64,000 bases of DNA from Candidatus Eiseniibacteriota bacterium (lineage in GTDB: Bacteria; Eisenbacteria; RBG-16-71-46), in the NCBI GenBank assembly GCA_963717935.1, contig CAVQXP010000004.1, forward strand, positions 1,376,001 to 1,440,000, written 5' to 3'. The notes beneath the pieces were generated by a model, which saw only the letters and a program-made list of their open reading frames with translations, did not search any database and was not told the origin of the DNA. Positions 58,506 to 64,000 of this stretch are shown one piece after another. Position numbers and translations under genes: made by a program. The stretch's first letter is position 1, and every line of letters starts with the position of its first letter.

Positions 58506-59739
58506 ATGAGCTACCGGTTGATCCAGGTGGAGGACTACGAGCCCCTCGTCGGGGCCAAGACGATCGAGCGCGTCCTGTCCAAGGCCGCGGCACTGCGCGG
58601 CTTCCATGTGACCAACATCAACTCCACGTACTACGGAGGCGGGGTCGCCGAGTTGCTCTCGTCGATGACCCTGCTGATGAACGGCCTCGGCATCGAGACG
58701 GGCTGGCGAGTCCTCCAGGGTTCGCCGGACTTCTTCGGGATCACGAAGAAGATGCACAATGCCCTGCAGGGGATGCCGATCAACTTCTCGCGGGTCAAAC
58801 GGGAGATCTACGAGAACGTGGTCTTCGAGAATTCGGTCCGCAACCACCTCGATCACGACCTGGTCATCGTTCACGACCCGCAGCCGCTCCCGCTCATCTG
58901 CCACTACAAGAAGAGGAGCCCGTGGGTCTGGCGCTGCCATATCGATCTCTCCAGCCCGCACCGGGAGCTGTGGAGCTACCTGGTCCCCTTCGTGGAGAAG
59001 TACGACGCCGTGATCTTCAGCATTCCAGAATATGCTCAGACGTTGAAGACCCCGCAGATCTTCTTCATGCCGGCCATCGATCCCTTCACGACGAAGAACC
59101 GGCAACTGCGTGACGAGGAGATGGACGAGCGCCTGGCCCACTATGGGATTCCGACCGACCTGCCGCTCGTGGTGCAGGTCTCCCGTTTCGATCCGTGGAA
59201 GGACCCGAAGGGCGTCATCGAGGCCTTCAGGATCGCCAGAAAGGAAGTGGACTGCACGCTCGTCCTGCTCGGTAACTTCGCCTCGGACGATCCCGAGGGG
59301 GCCGAGATCTACGAGTCGCTGGTCCAGTGCCGCGACGAGCGCATCCTGGTCCTCCCGCACGGCGATGACACCGCGCTGGTGAACACGCTTGCAGCGGCGG
59401 GCGGCGGTGGTCCTGCAGAAGTCCACTCGAGAGGGTTTCGGCCTGACCGTCACCGAAGCCATGTGGAAGGGCACGCCCGTGATCGGCGGCAACGTGGGGG
59501 GGATCCTCCACCAGATCGAAGACGGGGTGAACGGTTTCCTGGTGTCCTCGATCGAGGAAGCCGCGCGACGGATGGTCCAGCTCTTGAAGGATCCCGGGCT
59601 CCGCGAGCGGATGGGCGAGAGGGCCCACGAGACCGTGGCCCAACGCTTCTTGCTCACGCGCTACCTCGAGCAGTACCTGGACCTGTTCAACTCGTTCGAG
59701 GTCAGCTTCTCCCTGACCGGCCGGCCGGCCGTCTCGTGA
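58506..59739 (+). CDS. treT: TreT-like trehalose synthase (GT4), copy 2, with a single +1 indel near 59389
   Basis: NSTYYGGGVAELL, TKKMHNALQG, HDPQP, WRCHID, QVSRFDPWKDP, DDPEG, then QKSTREGFGLTVTEAMWKG in the next frame. Confidence 0.88.
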
Positions 59740-59851
59740 GTGCGATCCCTCGTCGGCGGGGGAGCGCGGGCAGTCGGCCGGGGGACGACCATCGACCTGG
59801 ATCGGACCACCATCCATCCCGGCGGATGATCCGAGGCCGAGGAGAAGACCG

Positions 59852-61735
59852 GTGACCTGGGACGCGACGCTGGGCGCCGTGCCCGGCAAAGGGGGCACGC
59901 GGTTCTGCGTGTGGGCGCCGGATGCCCACGCCGTCGAGGTCGTGCTGGAGCGCCACCCGGGTGCCGCCGCTCGCACTCGGCTGCAGTCGGCTGGCGACGG
60001 CCGCTTCGAGATGTTCGTGCCGGGAATCCGGGCCGGTGACCGCTATCGGCTCTCGCTCGACGGTGGGCCCCCGCTCCCCGATCCCGTGTCCCGCCGGCAG
60101 CCCGAGGGCGTGCACGGCTCCTCGGAGGTCGTCGATCCGGGCCGGTTCCGCTGGACGGACCAGGGCTGGCGAGGCGTCGCGCTCGAGGATCTCGTCCTCT
60201 ACGAGCTCCATGTCGGCACCTTCACGCCCGAGGGGACGTTCGCGGCCGCCGCCGGCCGGCTGGCGGATCTCCGCGAGTTGGGTGTGACGGGGGTCGAGTT
60301 GATGCCCGTGGCCGATTTCCCGGGCGAGAGAAACTGGGGGTACGACGGAGCCGCGCTCTTCGCGCCAGCGCACTGCTACGGTGCGCCGGACGATCTCCGG
60401 GGCCTGGTGGACGCCGCGCACGGGCTCGGTCTCGCGGTGTACCTCGACGTCGTCTACAACCACTTCGGCCCCGATGGCGCCTACGCCGCCGCCTTCAGCC
60501 GCCGCGTCTTCTCGTCTTCGCACCGGAGTCCCTGGGGCGCCGGCATCAACCTGGACGGCCCCGGCAGCGCCGGGGCGCGCGCGTTCTTCATCGAGAATGC
60601 CCTGCATTGGATTCACGAGTACCACCTGGACGGTCTGCGCCTCGACGCGACGCACGTCCTGGTGGACTGTGGCGAGCGCCATTTCCTGGCCGAACTCGCG
60701 GCTCGCGTGCACGACGAGGTCAGGGACCGAACGGTGCTGCTGATCGCCGAGGACTCGCGGAACCTCGCGTGCGTGGTGCGTCCCGCCCGCCAGGGTGGCT
60801 GGGACTTCGATGCCGTGTGGTCCGACGACCTCCACCACCACCTGCGGCGGATGCTGGCCGGGGACGACGAAGGCTATTTCGCGGACTTCAGCGGCACGGC
60901 GGCCGACGTGGCCACCACCCTGCGTCAGGGCTGGTTCTTCACCGGACAGCACTCCTCGCACAAGGGCGGGCCACGGGGCACGGATCCAGCCGGCATTCCA
61001 CCGCGTCGCTTCGTCGTCTGCATCCAGAACCACGACCAGGTAGGCAATCGCGCGCTGGGGGAGAGACTCCATCACCAGGTGGAGCTCCCCGCGTATCGGG
61101 CGGCCACGGTGCTCCTGCTGTGCGCCCCACAGACCCCGCTGCTCTTCATGGGGCAGGAGTGGGCCGTGGGCACGCCCTTTCGTTTCTTCACGGACCACTC
61201 GCCGGACCTCGGCCGGCTGGTCACCGAAGGCCGGCGCGAGGAGTTCCGATGCTTCTCCTCCTTCTCGAGCCCCGAGGCGCGCGCGCGCATCCCGGACCCG
61301 CAGTCCCGGACGACGTTCGAGGACAGCCGCCTGCGCTGGGAGGAGCGCGAGCGCGAGCCCCACGCGTCCGTCCTGCGCCTGAATCGCGCGCTGCTCGCGC
61401 TCCGCCGCGCCGAGCCGGCGCTGCGCGACGCGCGCGCGTGCGGCGTCGAAGTCTCGGCCGCCGATGCCGGCACGCTCCTGCTGCGGCGCGAGGCCGAGAG
61501 CGGCGCGTCGCTCGTCGTCGTCGTGCGACTGCTCGGCTCCGGCACCGTCGAGATCCCGGCGTCCGCGTTGCGCGGGGCGGCACCGGGTGCCTGGACGCCG
61601 GTCCTGAGCACCGAGGACCGGGAGCACTCGCCCGACCCTCTGCCGATCGGGCTCGATTTGGCCGGGGGGGCTCTGCAGGTGCGCTTTGCGCGACCGGGGG
61701 CCGTGGTGCTCAAGGCTCCGGGAGGCCCCGCATGA
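59852..61735 (+). CDS. treZ: Malto-oligosyltrehalose trehalohydrolase (GH13)
   Basis: YELHVGTFT, NWGYDG, DVVYNH, RLDATH, QNHDQVGNR, LFMGQEW. Confidence 0.95.
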   Translation: MTWDATLGAVPGKGGTRFCVWAPDAHAVEVVLERHPGAAARTRLQSAGDGRFEMFVPGIRAGDRYRLSLDGGPPLPDPVSRRQPEGVHGSSEVVDPGRFRWTDQGWRGVALEDLVLYELHVGTFTPEGTFAAAAGRLADLRELGVTGVELMPVADFPGERNWGYDGAALFAPAHCYGAPDDLRGLVDAAHGLGLAVYLDVVYNHFGPDGAYAAAFSRRVFSSSHRSPWGAGINLDGPGSAGARAFFIENALHWIHEYHLDGLRLDATHVLVDCGERHFLAELAARVHDEVRDRTVLLIAEDSRNLACVVRPARQGGWDFDAVWSDDLHHHLRRMLAGDDEGYFADFSGTAADVATTLRQGWFFTGQHSSHKGGPRGTDPAGIPPRRFVVCIQNHDQVGNRALGERLHHQVELPAYRAATVLLLCAPQTPLLFMGQEWAVGTPFRFFTDHSPDLGRLVTEGRREEFRCFSSFSSPEARARIPDPQSRTTFEDSRLRWEEREREPHASVLRLNRALLALRRAEPALRDARACGVEVSAADAGTLLLRREAESGASLVVVVRLLGSGTVEIPASALRGAAPGAWTPVLSTEDREHSPDPLPIGLDLAGGALQVRFARPGAVVLKAPGGPA

Positions 61736-64000
61736 CGTCGACCGTTCCCATCACCTCCGGATCGCAAGCGCCGCGGCCCACGGGGGTCCGCATTCCGGTG
61801 TCGACGTACCGGGTGCAGTTCCGCCCGGATTTCGGCTTCGCGGACGCCGCGCGGCTTGTTCCCTACCTGGACCGCCTCGGCGTGACGGACGTCTACACTT
61901 CGCCCTGCTTCCGGGCGAACCCGCAGAGCCAGCACGGCTACGACATCACCAACCCGGGGGAGCTCAGCCCCGGCCTTGGTGGCGACCTGGACTGGCGCGA
62001 GCTCGTCCGTGCGCTCGCCGGCCCGGGCATGGGACTGGTGTTGGACTTCGTCCCCAATCACATGGGAGTGGACGAGCCTCAGGCCAATCACTGGTGGTGG
62101 GACGTGCTCGAGAACGGCCGATGCTCCCCCTACGCGCACTTCTTCGACATCGATTGGGATCCCGTCAAGCCGGAACTGCAGGGCAAGCTGCTGTTGCCCG
62201 TGCTGGGCGACCAGTACGGGCGCGTCCTCGAGCGCGGGGAGCTCCAGCTCGAATACGTGGACGGCGGGTTCCGGGTGCGGTACTACGAGCGCACGTTCCC
62301 GGTCAACCCGCGTCGCCTCCCGATCCTGTTGCGCCACGACATCGAAGCGCTGCAGGCCCGGTTCGGCCATGCCGACCCGGACCTGCGCGAGTTCCTGAGC
62401 ATCCTCACGGCGCTGGGCAACCTGCCCTCCGTACTCGAGGGCGACCCGGTACGCGTGGCCGAGCGGCAGCGGGAGAAGGAAGTGGCCCGGGACCGCCTCG
62501 ACCGGCTTGCCCATCACTCGTGGAGGATCCGCGAGCACATCGAGGCGTGCGTGCGTTTCTTCAACGGCCAGCCCGGCCAGCCCTCCACATTTCGCCCGCT
62601 TCACGAACTGCTCGAGCTGCAGGTATACCGGCTGGCCTACTGGCGCACCGCGTTCCACGAGATCAACTACCGCCGCTTCTTCGACGTGAACGGGCTCGCC
62701 TGCGTGCGGACGGAGGATCCCGAGGTGTTCGAGGTCGTGCACGGGCTGCTGCTGCGACTGATCGCCAGCGGCGGCGTGACCGGCGTGCGCCTGGACCACC
62801 TGGATGGTCTCTACGACCCGCAGGCCTATCTCCAGCGGCTCGCGGCCGCCACTTCGCGGGTGCTCGCCGAGCGGGCCGGTGGCGACGGGCCGGGCCTCGT
62901 GCAGCCGGAGACCTCGCCGCTCGTCTACGTCGTCGCGGAGAAGATCCTCTCGTCCGGCGAGCGGCTGCGCGAGGACTGGGCCCTGCACGGCACCACGGGG
63001 TACGACTTCCTGAACGACGTGAACCGTCTGTTCGTGGACCCGCGCGGCTTCAGTCCGCTGCAGCGGTTCTTCCAGAGATTCACGCGGCGGCGCGGGTCCT
63101 TCGAGGACGTCGTGTACCAGAGCAAGAAAGCGGTGATGCAGAGCACGCTGGCGAGCGAGCTCAACATGCTGGCGCACGCCCTGAACATCGTCTCGGAGGC
63201 CGACCCCAGGTCGCGCGATTTCACGCTCAACAGTCTTCACGACATGCTGCTCGAGGTGGTGGCCTGCTTCCCCGTGTACCGCACCTACGTCGATGAGAGC
63301 AGCCGCGAAGAGGACGCCCAGGTCCTGCGCGCCGCCCTCGCCCGGGCCCGCGGGCGGAACCCCGGGATCGACGGTTCGATCTTCGAATTCATCGAGCAGG
63401 TCATGCTCGGCCCCGGCGTCGACGACGAGTCCGTCGTGGAGCGCGAGCGCCGGCGGACGTTCACCATGAGATTCCAGCAATACGCGGGCCCCGTGCATGC
63501 CAAGGGCCTGGAGGACACGGCCTTCTATCGCCACCACGTGATGCTCTCCCTCAACGAGGTCGGTGGCAGCCCCGAGCGGTTCGCCATGGGGCCGGCAGAA
63601 TTCCACGCGCACAGCCGCCAGAGGAGGGAGCGCTGGCCCCATGCCATGCTGTGCACCGCGACCCACGACACCAAGCGGGGGGAGGACGCACGCGCCCGCT
63701 TGAACGTGGTCTCGGAGATCCCCGCCGAGTGGCAACGGGCCGTCTCGCGCTGGGCCCGCCTCAACGCCGCCAACCGCACGCGCGTCGGCGACGAGTGGGC
63801 CCCGGACCGCGGCGACGAGTATCTCTTCTACCAGGCCCTCCTGGGCGCGTGGCCCGTCGTGGAGCCGGATCTGCCGAAGCTCGCCGAGCGGCTGGGCACC
63901 TACATGGCCAAGGCCATCCGCGAGGCCAAGCTCCACACCAGTTGGATCAACGAGAATCGGGAGTACGAGCAGGCCGTCGGCAGATTCGTGAACCAGACGC
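61732..64000 (+). CDS. treY: Malto-oligosyltrehalose synthase (GH13), runs off the window
   Basis: My translation from ATG 61732 gives [68 protein letters not shown]. Confidence 0.93.
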   Translation, partial: MTSTVPITSGSQAPRPTGVRIPVSTYRVQFRPDFGFADAARLVPYLDRLGVTDVYTSPCFRANPQSQHGYDITNPGELSPGLGGDLDWRELVRALAGPGMGLVLDFVPNHMGVDEPQANHWWWDVLENGRCSPYAHFFDIDWDPVKPELQGKLLLPVLGDQYGRVLERGELQLEYVDGGFRVRYYERTFPVNPRRLPILLRHDIEALQARFGHADPDLREFLSILTALGNLPSVLEGDPVRVAERQREKEVARDRLDRLAHHSWRIREHIEACVRFFNGQPGQPSTFRPLHELLELQVYRLAYWRTAFHEINYRRFFDVNGLACVRTEDPEVFEVVHGLLLRLIASGGVTGVRLDHLDGLYDPQAYLQRLAAATSRVLAERAGGDGPGLVQPETSPLVYVVAEKILSSGERLREDWALHGTTGYDFLNDVNRLFVDPRGFSPLQRFFQRFTRRRGSFEDVVYQSKKAVMQSTLASELNMLAHALNIVSEADPRSRDFTLNSLHDMLLEVVACFPVYRTYVDESSREEDAQVLRAALARARGRNPGIDGSIFEFIEQVMLGPGVDDESVVERERRRTFTMRFQQYAGPVHAKGLEDTAFYRHHVMLSLNEVGGSPERFAMGPAEFHAHSRQRRERWPHAMLCTATHDTKRGEDARARLNVVSEIPAEWQRAVSRWARLNAANRTRVGDEWAPDRGDEYLFYQALLGAWPVVEPDLPKLAERLGTYMAKAIREAKLHTSWINENREYEQAVGRFVNQT

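Noticed and set aside
34081..59395. Programmed ribosomal frameshifting
   Set aside because: There are too many shifts per gene and no slippery heptamer pattern.
61072..63936. 954-aa minus-strand ORF, and similar long ORFs such as 27755-30535 and 6423-8621
   Set aside because: These are antisense shadows of real genes, expected in high-GC DNA, and have no motifs.
1..64000. CRISPR arrays, tRNA/rRNA, IS elements, integrases, prophage or defence genes
   Set aside because: None recognised by eye; short or degenerate elements could have been missed.

Overview
A GC-rich bacterial window with no rRNA, tRNA, CRISPR array or transposase that I could recognise. It has three blocks. (1) 1-26 kb is a surface-polysaccharide locus: Wzx flippase, O-antigen ligase/polymerase-like protein, priming sugar transferase, many GT2/GT4 enzymes, an FnlA/RmlD-like/FnlC 6-deoxy-L-HexNAc pathway, an AsnB-like protein, a PqqD/RRE-like plus PIG-L deacetylase fusion, a GT-C membrane protein and several gene scars. 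(2) 26-32 kb holds manC, a SPOR lipoprotein, a GlmU-like protein, galT and glgA. (3) From 32 kb to the window end is a dense salt/osmotic-stress island: ClC, Na+/H+ antiporter, NhaR, MscS, three trehalose routes (OtsAB, two TreT, TreYZ), two glucosylglycerate-type routes, glycerate kinase and a trehalose/maltose ABC importer. Two ribosome-associated factors (HPF/RaiA and a baeRF/Balon-like aeRF1 homologue) lie in the run that starts divergently from nhaR. The most interesting candidate system is NhaR-controlled coupling of ribosome hibernation to compatible-solute metabolism. Many genes at 34-38.5 kb and 53.8-59.4 kb carry small indels that look more like assembly errors than real decay. All family calls come from motifs recognised by eye; no searches were run.
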